A stretch of DNA of 64,000 nt from a virus (IMGVR_UViG_3300027996_000011:31728-95727), one strand, 5' to 3'. Shown: positions 40,231-50,397, numbered from the stretch's first letter. Program-made: numbers and translations. Notes: a model not told the origin generated them from the sequence alone.

Positions 40231-41379
40231 TTATTTTATAAACCCATTGGTTAGTATCCAAACCTTTTTATTTTTACTTTCTAATATTATTTTACCAGAA
40301 TCTGTTTTTCTTTTAAACTTAAAAGATTTATTTTCTTTTAAAAACTTTTCACAACTAAGTTCTTGTTCTACAGTCTTATATTTTTTTTTTAATTTTTTTG
40401 TCTCCTGTAAGTGTTTAATTTTAGATTTTAAGTATTGTTCTGCTGTATTAGGTGAGGACTTTGTTTTTTTACCAGTCTCAATATAAGATTCTAGTAAATT
40501 ACCAACCCTTTCTTTTAAAGACTCCATAGCTACTTCTTCATCATCCATATCAAGGTCCATACTATCTTCATCACCAACCTCTGTATCTAAATCCATATCT
40601 TCGTCACCCATATCGATATCAACATCAACATCTTCTTCATCACCATAAGCTGCTTCATCCTCATCAAATCTATCTAAAACATCGTCTTTGTCGTCTTCAT
40701 CTAAATTGTCTAAATCTACAGCTGATATTATAGAATTTAAAACATACTTAATGTCAGCACTCCCTAACTCCTCCTCAACGTCTCTAAGTTTTTGTCCTAA
40801 TTTACCAGTTAGTTTTTGGATTGGTTTCATAAACCCTTCCATTTCTTCTTCATCACCACCCTCTAAATCAACATCTAAATCTTCTTCTTCATCATCCATA
40901 TCCATATCCAAATCTTCATCTTCATCTCCCATGTCAAGGTCCATATCCACATCCACAGATTCTTCATCACCACCTTCATCTGGGACATTTAATACAAATT
41001 TTTCTTGTTCATCCATTTCACTTTCATCATACATAGACATTCCAGTACCTTCATTATATTCTTCATTTAAAGGTTTAAATATTAGATTCATTCTTTTTAA
41101 AGCTTTACCGTAACTTTTAAACCTGTCTCTTTTTTTGTTTTGGGGTCCACTAACGTATTCTAGTTCGGATTCGTTAATACCAGATTTTAGATAATACCCG
41201 TCACGTTCTAGTACTATAGAATAAACTCGTCCATCCGCACCTTTTTTAGTGAAATGATTTGTTTCTACCTGTAATTCTTTATTTCTAGTTGTTTCTCCAA
41301 AACGTGCTATTTCCATTATTCTTTGTACTTTAGCATCTCCTTGTAATTTTTCACTACCTATTGGTTTTAATCCTGACAT
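40231..41379 (-). CDS. Acidic prohead-core-like protein
   Basis: QRIMEIA leader, long D/E/M low-complexity tracts. Confidence 0.6.
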   Translation of the reverse strand: MSGLKPIGSEKLQGDAKVQRIMEIARFGETTRNKELQVETNHFTKKGADGRVYSIVLERDGYYLKSGINESELEYVSGPQNKKRDRFKSYGKALKRMNLIFKPLNEEYNEGTGMSMYDESEMDEQEKFVLNVPDEGGDEESVDVDMDLDMGDEDEDLDMDMDDEEEDLDVDLEGGDEEEMEGFMKPIQKLTGKLGQKLRDVEEELGSADIKYVLNSIISAVDLDNLDEDDKDDVLDRFDEDEAAYGDEEDVDVDIDMGDEDMDLDTEVGDEDSMDLDMDDEEVAMESLKERVGNLLESYIETGKKTKSSPNTAEQYLKSKIKHLQETKKLKKKYKTVEQELSCEKFLKENKSFKFKRKTDSGKIILESKNKKVWILTNGFIK

Positions 41380-41406
41380 GTTAATTTGTTTTTTATTTTA
41401 TTTTAT

Positions 41407-41754
41407 TTAACTATTTAATCCACCACCACCAATTATGGTTGGTCTGAACATAGCTGTTGTTCCTGAATAATTATCTGAACGTGTTATACCTGACATAGGG
41501 TCACTACAACTACAATCATAACATAAGAAAATAGCTTTATCAGACGCTGTTACACCACCAGGATTTATAACAAGTTCCATAGTTGTTCCAGCAGCAAGAC
41601 CTAATATTAATCCTTGGTAGGTAAATGTAGCCGCTGCACCAGATGTAACAACTGACGTACATTTATACCCATCATAAGTTGTGGTGTTTACAAACTCATA
41701 ACCCTCAATAGCAATTGTAGGTATCGAGTTACCTCCGTAATTTCCTCCAGCCAT
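41407..41754 (-). CDS. Small G/T/S-rich putative virion protein
   Basis: 115 aa, CYDCSC, late motif upstream. Confidence 0.6.
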   Translation of the reverse strand: MAGGNYGGNSIPTIAIEGYEFVNTTTYDGYKCTSVVTSGAAATFTYQGLILGLAAGTTMELVINPGGVTASDKAIFLCYDCSCSDPMSGITRSDNYSGTTAMFRPTIIGGGGLNS

Positions 41755-41791
41755 AATTAATTAATTAATTTTTATTTATTTATAAATATAT

Positions 41792-42538
41792 CTAAATATC
41801 AGAAACTTTTTCTTCGACAGTAAGAGTTTTGTCGATTAATTCATTTCTAACATCATTTATTTTCTTTAAATACTCATTTCTTCTTAAAAATTTAAAAGTA
41901 AGATTTTCATACGAATACTCACCCTCATCTTTTAAACCATCTCCACGATATTTTTTAAGTTTATTTTTTAGTTTTTCTATAGTATCTAAAACCACTAGTG
42001 GTTCTTTTCTTTTTGCATCGGTTTCTATGTTGTCTATTTTTTTCATCCACTCTCTAGATTTACTTAATAGTTTTTGGGTATCTATTTCAACATCTTCACT
42101 TTTAGTAGGATTTACAATCCAATCATCATATAAAACAGAGTATACTCCACTAGCAAAATGAGGTTCGTCAATGTCTTGTGCATAAACCTCAACGTCAAAA
42201 TCTTTAACGGTAACATCTCTAAGAGAATTCCATATAATCCTTCTACTATCTAAATATTTTTTAAGTAATTCATTAGACTCTGAAAAATCCATTATAATAT
42301 GTAAGTCTACGTCCGAAAAATCTGACCAATTAAAATTAGATAAAGAACCAGTAAGTGTAATATCTTCTATATCTAAATCTAAATCCGTAAAATCTTTATA
42401 ATTTTCTACTACCTCTAATAAGGCTTTCCTTATTTCTGGTTTCATTTTATAAATGTCACCATCTAAAAACCAAATTTTTGGGTTTAGTTCGTTTTGGACC
42501 TTGAAGCTTTTTACTATTTGTGTATTGGTTTTTGCCAT
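41792..42538 (-). CDS. Pol-beta-superfamily nucleotidyltransferase
   Basis: LTGSLSNFNWSDFSDVDLHI (GS...DxD) and VEVY third acidic residue. Confidence 0.85.
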   Translation of the reverse strand: MAKTNTQIVKSFKVQNELNPKIWFLDGDIYKMKPEIRKALLEVVENYKDFTDLDLDIEDITLTGSLSNFNWSDFSDVDLHIIMDFSESNELLKKYLDSRRIIWNSLRDVTVKDFDVEVYAQDIDEPHFASGVYSVLYDDWIVNPTKSEDVEIDTQKLLSKSREWMKKIDNIETDAKRKEPLVVLDTIEKLKNKLKKYRGDGLKDEGEYSYENLTFKFLRRNEYLKKINDVRNELIDKTLTVEEKVSDI

Positions 42539-42564
42539 ATTCTATAAATATATGGAAATATAGT

Positions 42565-42810
42565 CTATGACAATTTTTTATATTTATAGTTTTTAGATAT
42601 TTTTTTGGCAAAGAAGGAACCCTGACTTTCAGCTAGTCTCATTTTAGTAAAAATAGAGATAGGTACTTTTTCATAAGAATATTTACCCCCCTTTTTAAAC
42701 TCAACAATTAACTCACTTGTTTCTGTGTTATATTCTGAAGATTTTAAATTTGAGGAGTCGTATTCATTTATTATTAACCTACCTTCTATTTTTTCTTTTT
42801 TAATAGCCAT
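42565..42810 (-). CDS. KTSC-domain protein
   Basis: SSNL...EY......L.VEF..G..Y.Y..VP........A.SQG.FF...I. Confidence 0.9.
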   Translation of the reverse strand: MAIKKEKIEGRLIINEYDSSNLKSSEYNTETSELIVEFKKGGKYSYEKVPISIFTKMRLAESQGSFFAKKISKNYKYKKLS

Positions 42811-43259
42811 TACCCTTGTGCTTGTGGTTGAGCTGTTGATGGGTTAGGTTGTGGGTTGTTACCTTGTGGGTTATTAGCGATATTAGGTGTTCCAGCTGTT
42901 TGTTGTTGAATTTGTTGGATTTGTTGACCCATATTATTAAGTAGTAAAGCTATATTTTTTGTAGCATTTAGTACTTGTTCCATTCTTTCTTCTAATTTTA
43001 GTGCAGGCATTGGGTGGTCTACAAAATGTTTAACTCTAGCCACTAGTTCTTCTGGTGTTCTAAAGTCTCTATTTGGTAACCAAACTTCTTCTTGAAATTT
43101 AATTGTTGGTGTTACTGCGAGTCCAGTTATTCTTAATAGGTCGTTCCACTCATCGAAGTTTTCACTAGTAATAACTTCCTCAAAGTCAATTTGGTTTTCA
43201 ATTAATGCGTCTTTTACTTTTTTACAGTAGTGACATGATGGGTTTGTGTATAATTTCAT
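42810..43259 (-). CDS. Glutaredoxin/NrdH-like protein with coiled-coil and Q/N/P-rich tail
   Basis: LYTNPSCHYC, VTPTI cis-Pro motif. Confidence 0.85.
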   Translation of the reverse strand: MKLYTNPSCHYCKKVKDALIENQIDFEEVITSENFDEWNDLLRITGLAVTPTIKFQEEVWLPNRDFRTPEELVARVKHFVDHPMPALKLEERMEQVLNATKNIALLLNNMGQQIQQIQQQTAGTPNIANNPQGNNPQPNPSTAQPQAQG

Positions 43260-43288
43260 AATGTTTTTTTTTTAATTATAGGTATTTT

Positions 43289-43322
43289 AATAATGAAAGG
43301 AAACTTAATTCCTTTCATTATT
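43289..43322 (-). terminator. 14-bp hairpin after dnaK (terminator or mRNA stabiliser)
   Basis: AATAATGAAAGGAA-ACTTAA-TTCCTTTCATTATT perfect inverted repeat; no strong U tract. Confidence 0.6.
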
Positions 43323-43329
43323 GATAAAT

Positions 43330-45195
43330 TTATTTAACTTCTTCGAACTCAACATCAGTAGTGTTTTCTCCCTCTGAAGGTGGTGGTGTCTCATCACCCC
43401 CACTTTCTTCATATAGTTGGGTTGATACTTCCTGCCATTTTTGGTTTATCTCCTCCATTGTAGTGTCTATAGACTCTAGATTTTTTTCTTCAATTGATTT
43501 TTTTAACCTACCTACAATCTCAGTCAATTTTTCTTTTGAGTCCTGGTCTAATTTATCTTCATACTCTTTTAATTGTTTTTCTGTTTGAAAAACCATCGAG
43601 TCTGCTTCATTTAACTTTTCCACCTCTTCTTTTTTCTTAGCGTCTTCTGATGCATTTACTTCTGCTTCTTTTTTCATTCTTTCAATTTCATCATCAGACA
43701 AACTACTACCAGACTCTATTTTAATATTATGTTCTTTTCCAGTACCTTTATCTAAAGCTTTAACATCAATAATCCCATTTGCATCAATATCAAACGTAAC
43801 CTCAATCTGAGGTATTCCTCTTGGTGATGGTGGGATATCTGTTAGTTGGAATCTGCCTAAGGTTCTATTATCTGGAGCCATTGGTCTTTCACCTTGTAAA
43901 ACATGGATGTCCACAGATGGTTGGTTATCTACAGCGGTAGAAAATATTTGGGATTTAGATGTTGGTATTGTGGTGTTAGATTCAATTAATGGTGTCATTA
44001 CCCCACCCATTGTTTCTATACCTAATGAAAGTGGTGTTACATCTAATAATAATACGTCTTTAACATCTCCAGCTAAAACACCACCTTGTATTGCGGCTCC
44101 CATAGCAACAACCTCATCTGGGTTAACTCCTTTTGATGGTTTTTTCTTAAATAGTTTTTCTACAGCTTCTTGTATTACTGGAATTCTTGTAGAACCACCA
44201 ACTAATAAAATTTCATCAATGTCTGTTACTTTTAATCCAGCATCTTTAATTGCTTTTCTACAAGGGGTAAGACTTTTTTTAACTAAATCCTCCACCATAG
44301 ACTCAAATTTAGCTTTAGATAATGTACGTACAAGGTGTTTTGGTCCTGTATTATCTGCGGTAATATAAGGTAGGTTTATTTCTGTTGTTGTTGAGTTAGA
44401 TAATTCTACTTTGGCTTTTTCTGCTGCTTCTCTTAGTCTTTGTAATGCGGAAGGGTCATTACTTAAGTCCATATTATTTTCTCCTTTAAACTCGTCTAGT
44501 AACCAGTCTATAATTTTTTCATCAAAATTATCACCACCAAGATGTGTGTCACCATTTGTTGACATAACCTCAAATATCCCATCACCAATTTCAAGAATAG
44601 AAATATCAAAGGTACCACCACCTAAATCATATACAGCAACCACTTTGTCTTCATTTTCATTCAACCCATAAGCTAGTGCCGCAGCTGTCGGTTCATTTAT
44701 AATTCTTAGTACTTTTAATCCAGCTATTTCTCCAGCTTCTTTTGTTGCATTTCTTTGTTCGTCATTAAAATAAGCTGGTACTGTAATTACAGCTTCAGTT
44801 ACTTTAGTACCTAAATAATCTTCAGCTGTTTTTTTCAAATTTTGTAAAACTACAGCTGAAATTTCTTGTGGTACATAGGACTTATCGTCTACTTTAATTG
44901 TAACAATGCCCTTACTACCTTTAACAACATCGTAAGACATTTTTTTAGCTTCTTTAGTTATTTCACTAAATTTACTACCTATAAATCTTTTTACCGAATA
45001 AATTGTATTTTTAGGGTTTGTAACACCTTGTCTTTTTGCTGGGTCACCAACAGACCTATCACCTTCTTTATACGATACTACAGAAGGGGTGGTTCTTTTA
45101 CCCTCTGAATTTACAATTATTACGGGTACACCCGCTTCAACCACCGAAACACACGAATTCGTTGTTCCTAAATCAATTCCAATTACTTTTGTCAT
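43330..45195 (-). CDS. dnaK: Hsp70 chaperone DnaK
   Basis: [54 protein letters not shown]. Confidence 0.99.
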   Translation of the reverse strand: MTKVIGIDLGTTNSCVSVVEAGVPVIIVNSEGKRTTPSVVSYKEGDRSVGDPAKRQGVTNPKNTIYSVKRFIGSKFSEITKEAKKMSYDVVKGSKGIVTIKVDDKSYVPQEISAVVLQNLKKTAEDYLGTKVTEAVITVPAYFNDEQRNATKEAGEIAGLKVLRIINEPTAAALAYGLNENEDKVVAVYDLGGGTFDISILEIGDGIFEVMSTNGDTHLGGDNFDEKIIDWLLDEFKGENNMDLSNDPSALQRLREAAEKAKVELSNSTTTEINLPYITADNTGPKHLVRTLSKAKFESMVEDLVKKSLTPCRKAIKDAGLKVTDIDEILLVGGSTRIPVIQEAVEKLFKKKPSKGVNPDEVVAMGAAIQGGVLAGDVKDVLLLDVTPLSLGIETMGGVMTPLIESNTTIPTSKSQIFSTAVDNQPSVDIHVLQGERPMAPDNRTLGRFQLTDIPPSPRGIPQIEVTFDIDANGIIDVKALDKGTGKEHNIKIESGSSLSDDEIERMKKEAEVNASEDAKKKEEVEKLNEADSMVFQTEKQLKEYEDKLDQDSKEKLTEIVGRLKKSIEEKNLESIDTTMEEINQKWQEVSTQLYEESGGDETPPPSEGENTTDVEFEEVK

Positions 45196-45255
45196 TTTTA
45201 TTTAATTTTCTTTATTTTTATTTGTTTATGAAATTATTTTCATTAGTTTTGTAGT

Positions 45256-45270
45256 ACAATTACCGTACCA
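45256..45270 (-). promoter_or_regulatory. sigma54-like -24/-12 promoter for dnaK
   Basis: Minus strand TGGTACG-GTAA-TTGT versus consensus TGGCACG-N4-TTGC; exact GG-N10-G spacing. Confidence 0.55.
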
Positions 45271-45292
45271 AAAGTAATAAAGAATAATTCAA

Positions 45293-45327
45293 ATGTCAAA
45301 CCTGACATAATATATGTCACTTTGTCA
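45293..45327. promoter_or_regulatory. Cluster of four TGTCA/TGACA half-sites (putative regulator operator) between dnaK and clpC
   Basis: ATGTCA-AACC-TGACAT and TGACATA-ATA-TATGTCA palindromes plus a fourth TGTCA. Confidence 0.6.
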
Positions 45328-45374
45328 GTTGTTGATTATTATAAGAAATATGTTAACTTTAAATAAAAAATAAT

Positions 45375-47414
45375 ATGATAGATTTTAGTGCAGACTCAGA
45401 TATGGAAGAAATAAATAGTGGTGGTGAAAAACAAAAACCAAGTGTAGCGGATAGTGGTACACCAATTCTCGATAATTTTTCTCGTGATTTAACAGCTATA
45501 GCAGCTAGAGGTGAATTAGACCCAGTTATAGGTCGTGAAGATGAAGTTAAAAGAATAGTGCAAATTTTAGCTAGACGTAAGAAAAATAACCCAGTGTTAA
45601 TTGGTGAACCTGGAGCTGGAAAGACTTCAGTAGTGGAAATGTTGGCTACTATGATTCATCTTGGTAAATGTCCTAGAACGCTATTAAATAAAAGAATAGT
45701 ATTGTTGGAGTTATCCTCATTAGTTGCTGGTACTAAGTACCGAGGTCAATTTGAGGAAAGGATGAAAGCTATAATAGATGAATTAAGGGAAAATAAAGAA
45801 GTTATTATTTTTATAGATGAAATTCATACTGTGGTAGGTACTGGAAATTCTTCTGGTAATTTAGATGCTGCAAATATATTTAAACCGCCTTTAGCTAGAG
45901 GTGAAGTACAATGTATAGGGGCAACTACTATGGATGAGTATAGAGAAAAAATTGAAAAAGACGGTGCATTAGAGAGAAGATTTCAAAAAGTAACTATTGA
46001 CCCACCTTCTTTGTTTGATACCGTAAAAATTCTAAAAAATATAAAACATGTTTATGAGGAACACCATAATGTTAGTTATAGTAATGAAGTGGTTGAGTTA
46101 TGTGTTAAATTGGCTGACAGATATATAAGTGACAGGGCTTTTCCTGATAAAGCAATAGATGTACTTGATGAGGTTGGGTCCATGGTTCAGATAGAGGTTA
46201 AAACACCAAAAACGTTGGAAAAATTAAAAGGTGAGATTGATAATCTTAAATTAGAAAAGATTGAGGTTGTGAAGTCTCAAATGTATGAAAAAGCCGCTGA
46301 TTTAAGAGATGGTGAAAGAAAATTAACTGAGAAGTTACGTAAATTAACAACTGATTGGGAAGAAAAGCAATCCCTAAATAAGATAGATATTACTATTGAA
46401 AACGTTATGGATGTTGTATCTAAAATAACTAGGATACCTTTAAGTAGGATGAATAGAAATGAGAAAAAAAATCTTTTAAATCTAGATGGTCAATTAAAGA
46501 AAGAAGTTATAGGGCAAGATGAAGCTATAAACACTATTGTAAAAGCTGTAAGACGTAACTCTATAGGGATAAAAGAATTGGATAAACCAATAGGTTCCTT
46601 TATCTGTCTGGGACCTACTGGTGTTGGTAAAACTCATTTAGCTAAAAAATTATCTGAATTACTTTTTGGTAGTGAGGAGTCTTTAATAAGGGTAGACATG
46701 TCTGAGTACCAAGAAAAACACTCAGTTTCTAGACTAATAGGTTCACCTCCAGGATATGTTGGGTACAATGAAGGTGGTCAGTTTACTGAAAAAGTAAGAC
46801 AGAAGCCATATTCTTTAATACTCTTTGATGAGATAGAGAAAGGTCATAGGGATATTTTTAATATTCTTTTACAGATTTTAGATGATGGTTATGTAACAGA
46901 TGCTGCGGGTAGAAAAATTAATTTTAGAAATACTTTAATTATGATGACTTCTAATATTGGTGTTAAAAACTCCCAGGATTTTAGTAGAGGTCTAGGGTTT
47001 ACTACTAAATCATCCGAACAAACAGATAAAGAAAGAATTAGAAGTATTATATCAAAATCACTTAAAAATACATTTAATCCTGAATTTTTAAATCGTTTAG
47101 ATGATGTAATTATGTTCGAAACTTTGGATAGGTCTAGTGTGAAGAAAATAGTTAAAATAGAGTTGTCTTTTTTAACTTCTAGATTACTGGAAAAAAACTA
47201 TAGTATTAAATTTAGTCCTAGTGTTATTGACCATATTTGCGAGGTAGGTTATGACGAAAAGTTTGGTGCTAGACCACTAAAAAGAGCCATCCAATCAGAA
47301 GTTGAGGACTATATTTCATCTCAGATACTAAAAGATGGTATTATAGAAGGTAACAAATACAACTTAAGTTATTCTAAAAAATCTAATAAGTTTAAAATTG
47401 TCGACAAAGGTTAG
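45375..47414 (+). CDS. clpC: ClpC-type Hsp100 ATPase lacking the N-terminal Clp-repeat domain
   Basis: Two AAA modules (GEPGAGKT, GPTGVGKT), UVR-type M domain (YEKAADLRD), RGLGF ClpP-docking loop; only about 28 aa before TPILDNF. Confidence 0.9.
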   Translation: MIDFSADSDMEEINSGGEKQKPSVADSGTPILDNFSRDLTAIAARGELDPVIGREDEVKRIVQILARRKKNNPVLIGEPGAGKTSVVEMLATMIHLGKCPRTLLNKRIVLLELSSLVAGTKYRGQFEERMKAIIDELRENKEVIIFIDEIHTVVGTGNSSGNLDAANIFKPPLARGEVQCIGATTMDEYREKIEKDGALERRFQKVTIDPPSLFDTVKILKNIKHVYEEHHNVSYSNEVVELCVKLADRYISDRAFPDKAIDVLDEVGSMVQIEVKTPKTLEKLKGEIDNLKLEKIEVVKSQMYEKAADLRDGERKLTEKLRKLTTDWEEKQSLNKIDITIENVMDVVSKITRIPLSRMNRNEKKNLLNLDGQLKKEVIGQDEAINTIVKAVRRNSIGIKELDKPIGSFICLGPTGVGKTHLAKKLSELLFGSEESLIRVDMSEYQEKHSVSRLIGSPPGYVGYNEGGQFTEKVRQKPYSLILFDEIEKGHRDIFNILLQILDDGYVTDAAGRKINFRNTLIMMTSNIGVKNSQDFSRGLGFTTKSSEQTDKERIRSIISKSLKNTFNPEFLNRLDDVIMFETLDRSSVKKIVKIELSFLTSRLLEKNYSIKFSPSVIDHICEVGYDEKFGARPLKRAIQSEVEDYISSQILKDGIIEGNKYNLSYSKKSNKFKIVDKG

Positions 47415-47422
47415 TAATATGA

Positions 47423-47430
47423 TATTTATA
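47423..47430 (+). promoter_or_regulatory. Putative late promoter TATTTATA
   Basis: GATATTTATAGGTG-ATG. Confidence 0.65.
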
Positions 47431-47434
47431 GGTG

Positions 47435-48535
47435 ATGAAATTAATAATAACACAAAAACAGTCTAGGCGACTAATCAAAGAAGCTTTAGGTGTGCCTAAA
47501 TCTATTGAGTTTTGGGTTGACACGTTTTCTGAAGTTATTAATGATGGTTTAATGATGTTATTATCTTCTGATGATAAAGAAGTTTTTTTTACTGGAAATG
47601 ACATACAAGAAAAAGCTGTTTCTGGTGGCTGGAATAGTTCTAATGACAAATTTTTAGATTTTCCATTAGCAGAACCACAATTAAACCTAAAGTTAAATAT
47701 TGTACCTGATGAAAGTATAAATAGTGGTGATGATTATATTGATGCAGCTTCTTTTGATACTAGTGGAATTGATTTAATTGATGCTACTTTTGATGATGGT
47801 AAAACTTTACCTTTGGTAGTTGGTGGGATTATAAATATAGAAATTAATGTCCCCGAATCTTCATATGAAAATGGTTCATTTGTAGAACTTTATAATTCTG
47901 AAATAAAACCATATGCTGAATCTATTTTGTTTCATGAACTAACTCATGTTTATGAATTTTATAAAAGAATACTGAGTAATTCGGCAAAACCTAACTTTGA
48001 ACAGGTTGCTAATCTGACCCAGATGATGAATAAAATGGGTTCGGTTGATGATTGGGATGAGTTAATGTTTATGATTTATTTACATTTGAGTTTTGAACTT
48101 AATGCTAGAATATCTGAAGTTTATGGTTTATTAAGAAATAAAAATATTAGCTCTAAAGAAGAGTTTATAGAATTTTTAAAGACTTCTAGAGCTTTTTCTT
48201 ACGCTAAAAGACTTAATAACTTTAGTGCTGAAAAGTTTTTCGAAGATTTTGAGCTTTCTCAAGAAACAATAGATAGAGTTAGAGAGTACGATGGTAAAAA
48301 AACACCAATAGATGAAATAAAGAATGTGGTATTAGACCAACTAATTCAGAACTGGTCGGTAACATATGAAGATTTCTTAAAAGATTTTTCTGCTGATGAA
48401 ACTATAAAAATACCTAACTTACCTAGTAAAGTATTATCCTCACCACAAAACTTTCTTAAATTCTGGGAAAAACGCTTTAATAAAGCGGGACAAGATTCTT
48501 TAAGAAAAATTTCACGTTTATATTCGGCCATTTAA
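47435..48535 (+). CDS. Zincin-motif protein with KLIITQKQSRRLIKE leader
   Basis: HELTH plus downstream ELNAR; late motif upstream. Confidence 0.65.
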   Translation: MKLIITQKQSRRLIKEALGVPKSIEFWVDTFSEVINDGLMMLLSSDDKEVFFTGNDIQEKAVSGGWNSSNDKFLDFPLAEPQLNLKLNIVPDESINSGDDYIDAASFDTSGIDLIDATFDDGKTLPLVVGGIINIEINVPESSYENGSFVELYNSEIKPYAESILFHELTHVYEFYKRILSNSAKPNFEQVANLTQMMNKMGSVDDWDELMFMIYLHLSFELNARISEVYGLLRNKNISSKEEFIEFLKTSRAFSYAKRLNNFSAEKFFEDFELSQETIDRVREYDGKKTPIDEIKNVVLDQLIQNWSVTYEDFLKDFSADETIKIPNLPSKVLSSPQNFLKFWEKRFNKAGQDSLRKISRLYSAI

Positions 48536-48546
48536 TATTTTTTTCT

Positions 48547-48554
48547 TATCTTTG
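48547..48554 (+). promoter_or_regulatory. Bacteroidota housekeeping-sigma -7 element
   Basis: TATCTTTG, 4 nt before ATG48559. Confidence 0.6.
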
Positions 48555-48558
48555 TAGT

Positions 48559-49059
48559 ATGAATTTAGAAAGAACAAGAAATATTGCAATTGACTTAATG
48601 AGACAACATGGTCTAACTGGTTACACTTTTAAGTGGGACAAAGCTGTTAGAAGATTTGGTTCTTGTAATGGTAGAACTAAAACCATAACTCTTTCTAGAC
48701 CAATGACTCAACACGAAACTAACGAAAAAAGAGTTATAAACACAATTCTTCACGAAATCGCTCACGGACTAGATTATAAAAATAGAGGGTACTCTAATCA
48801 CGACTCTCAATGGAAAAGAGTGGCTAGGTCTATCGGTTGTAGTGGTGAAAGATGTAGTAGTGGTTCTGGTGTTGACAAATCTAAATTTATGAAGTGGGTA
48901 GCTACCTGTCCTAATTGTGAAAAAGACGTTTATTACGCAAGAAAAACAAAAGTAGATAAAGCATGTGGTGTGTGTTGTAAAAAACACAACAATAACAAGT
49001 ACACATCAGAATATAAGTTTAACTGGGAATTAAATCCTAAAGTTGTAAAATATAAATAA
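48559..49059 (+). CDS. SprT-like Zn metalloprotease with Zn ribbon
   Basis: R.FG.C, TILHEIAH, H...WK, CPNC/CGVC. Confidence 0.9.
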   Translation: MNLERTRNIAIDLMRQHGLTGYTFKWDKAVRRFGSCNGRTKTITLSRPMTQHETNEKRVINTILHEIAHGLDYKNRGYSNHDSQWKRVARSIGCSGERCSSGSGVDKSKFMKWVATCPNCEKDVYYARKTKVDKACGVCCKKHNNNKYTSEYKFNWELNPKVVKYK

Positions 49060-49589
49060 TGGAAAAATTAGAATATAAAATAAAAAATGGACCAAGGGTA
49101 GAATCTGTAAATGAATTTACCCTTAGTGATGACACTAAAGTAGCGATGTTTCAGGGATTTAGAGGTTCTTACCCCGAATTAGACTTTATTGTGAAATATA
49201 AGGAGCCAACGAATAGATTGAGGACCCCTTCTCACACACATTGGATTGTAGACCTATTAGTTAAAGCAGAATTTAACAAGGAGATGGTTAGAGACTTTGT
49301 ACAGAAGTATTTGGATTTATATGACGTTATGACCCCTTTTGAGACTCAGGAGGAACGCAATAACTACCAACTACAACACATAGGAGGGTCTCTAACAGAC
49401 TTTCAAGGTATAGATGGTTGTGGGTATCTAAGTGTGGAGTTTCTCTCTAGTATCTTAGAATTATTCATTTTATGTGAAAAAAGGTCTGATGATGCGTTTA
49501 TGTTTAAAGGTTTATTACAATTAGTAATTGACTTCTGTGATGGTAAAAGAGATTACTATCAAGTGGTGGGTTACTCTAAAAGAGTTTAA
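49059..49589 (+). CDS. Hypothetical protein
   Basis: 176 aa, coupled to SprT gene; RTPSHTHWIVD motif. Confidence 0.75.
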   Translation: MEKLEYKIKNGPRVESVNEFTLSDDTKVAMFQGFRGSYPELDFIVKYKEPTNRLRTPSHTHWIVDLLVKAEFNKEMVRDFVQKYLDLYDVMTPFETQEERNNYQLQHIGGSLTDFQGIDGCGYLSVEFLSSILELFILCEKRSDDAFMFKGLLQLVIDFCDGKRDYYQVVGYSKRV

Positions 49590-49590
49590 T

Positions 49591-50397
49591 ATGAAAGAAA
49601 AATTAAAAGAATTGTTATCGATACCAACTAAGACTTGGGAAGAGGAAAGATTAATAAATTATCTTATGTCACATTTTGAAGAAATGGGATATGATTATGA
49701 AAAAGATGATTTGGGAAATTTGTATGTAACTAAAGGAGTTTCTGACTACTACCCTTTGGTCCTAGCTCACACAGATAGTGTTCATGATATTGTGGAGATG
49801 GAAGTTAGAGAAGAGTATTTACCTAATTCCCAGGGGGAAAGTAAATTAGCTCTAAAGGCTTATACAAAAGAAGATGGGACACCTACAGGGATAGGTGGTG
49901 ATGACAAAGCTGGGGTTTTTATATGCTTACAACTGTTGGAAAAATTCGATGTGATTAAAGCATTTTTCCCGGTTGCTGAAGAAACTGGGTGTCATGGAAG
50001 TAGGGGTGCTAAAGAGGAATTTTTTAAGGATGTTGGCTACGCCATACAATTTGACTCTACAGAAAATGATACGATGTCACTTTCTTTAATGGGAGTGAGG
50101 TTGTTTGAACAAAAATCCGAGTTCTTTAGTAAGACTCGTAATATAATTTTAGAGCATGGCTTTACTGAGTGGAGACATCACCCATATACCGACACTATGA
50201 TTCTTAAAGATAAATTTAATTTTGCTTGTTTAAACTTTGCTGCTGGATATTACAATTATCACACTTCTAATGAGTATGTTATTGTTGAGGATGTGAAAAA
50301 TTCTATAAAATTAGGTGAAAATGTTATAAGTAAGTTAGGTAACTCTTTTTATGAATTTAAGTCCAAGCAGAAAGAGTCTGATTTTTGGTTCGATTAG
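49591..50397 (+). CDS. M20/M28-family Zn peptidase-like hydrolase
   Basis: AHTDSVH, GGDDKAG, EETG, QFD, YH; start ATG49591. Confidence 0.85.
   Translation: MKEKLKELLSIPTKTWEEERLINYLMSHFEEMGYDYEKDDLGNLYVTKGVSDYYPLVLAHTDSVHDIVEMEVREEYLPNSQGESKLALKAYTKEDGTPTGIGGDDKAGVFICLQLLEKFDVIKAFFPVAEETGCHGSRGAKEEFFKDVGYAIQFDSTENDTMSLSLMGVRLFEQKSEFFSKTRNIILEHGFTEWRHHPYTDTMILKDKFNFACLNFAAGYYNYHTSNEYVIVEDVKNSIKLGENVISKLGNSFYEFKSKQKESDFWFD

Noticed and set aside
45196-45374. CIRCE/HrcA operator before dnaK
   Set aside because: TTAGCACTC-N9-GAGTGCTAA is not present
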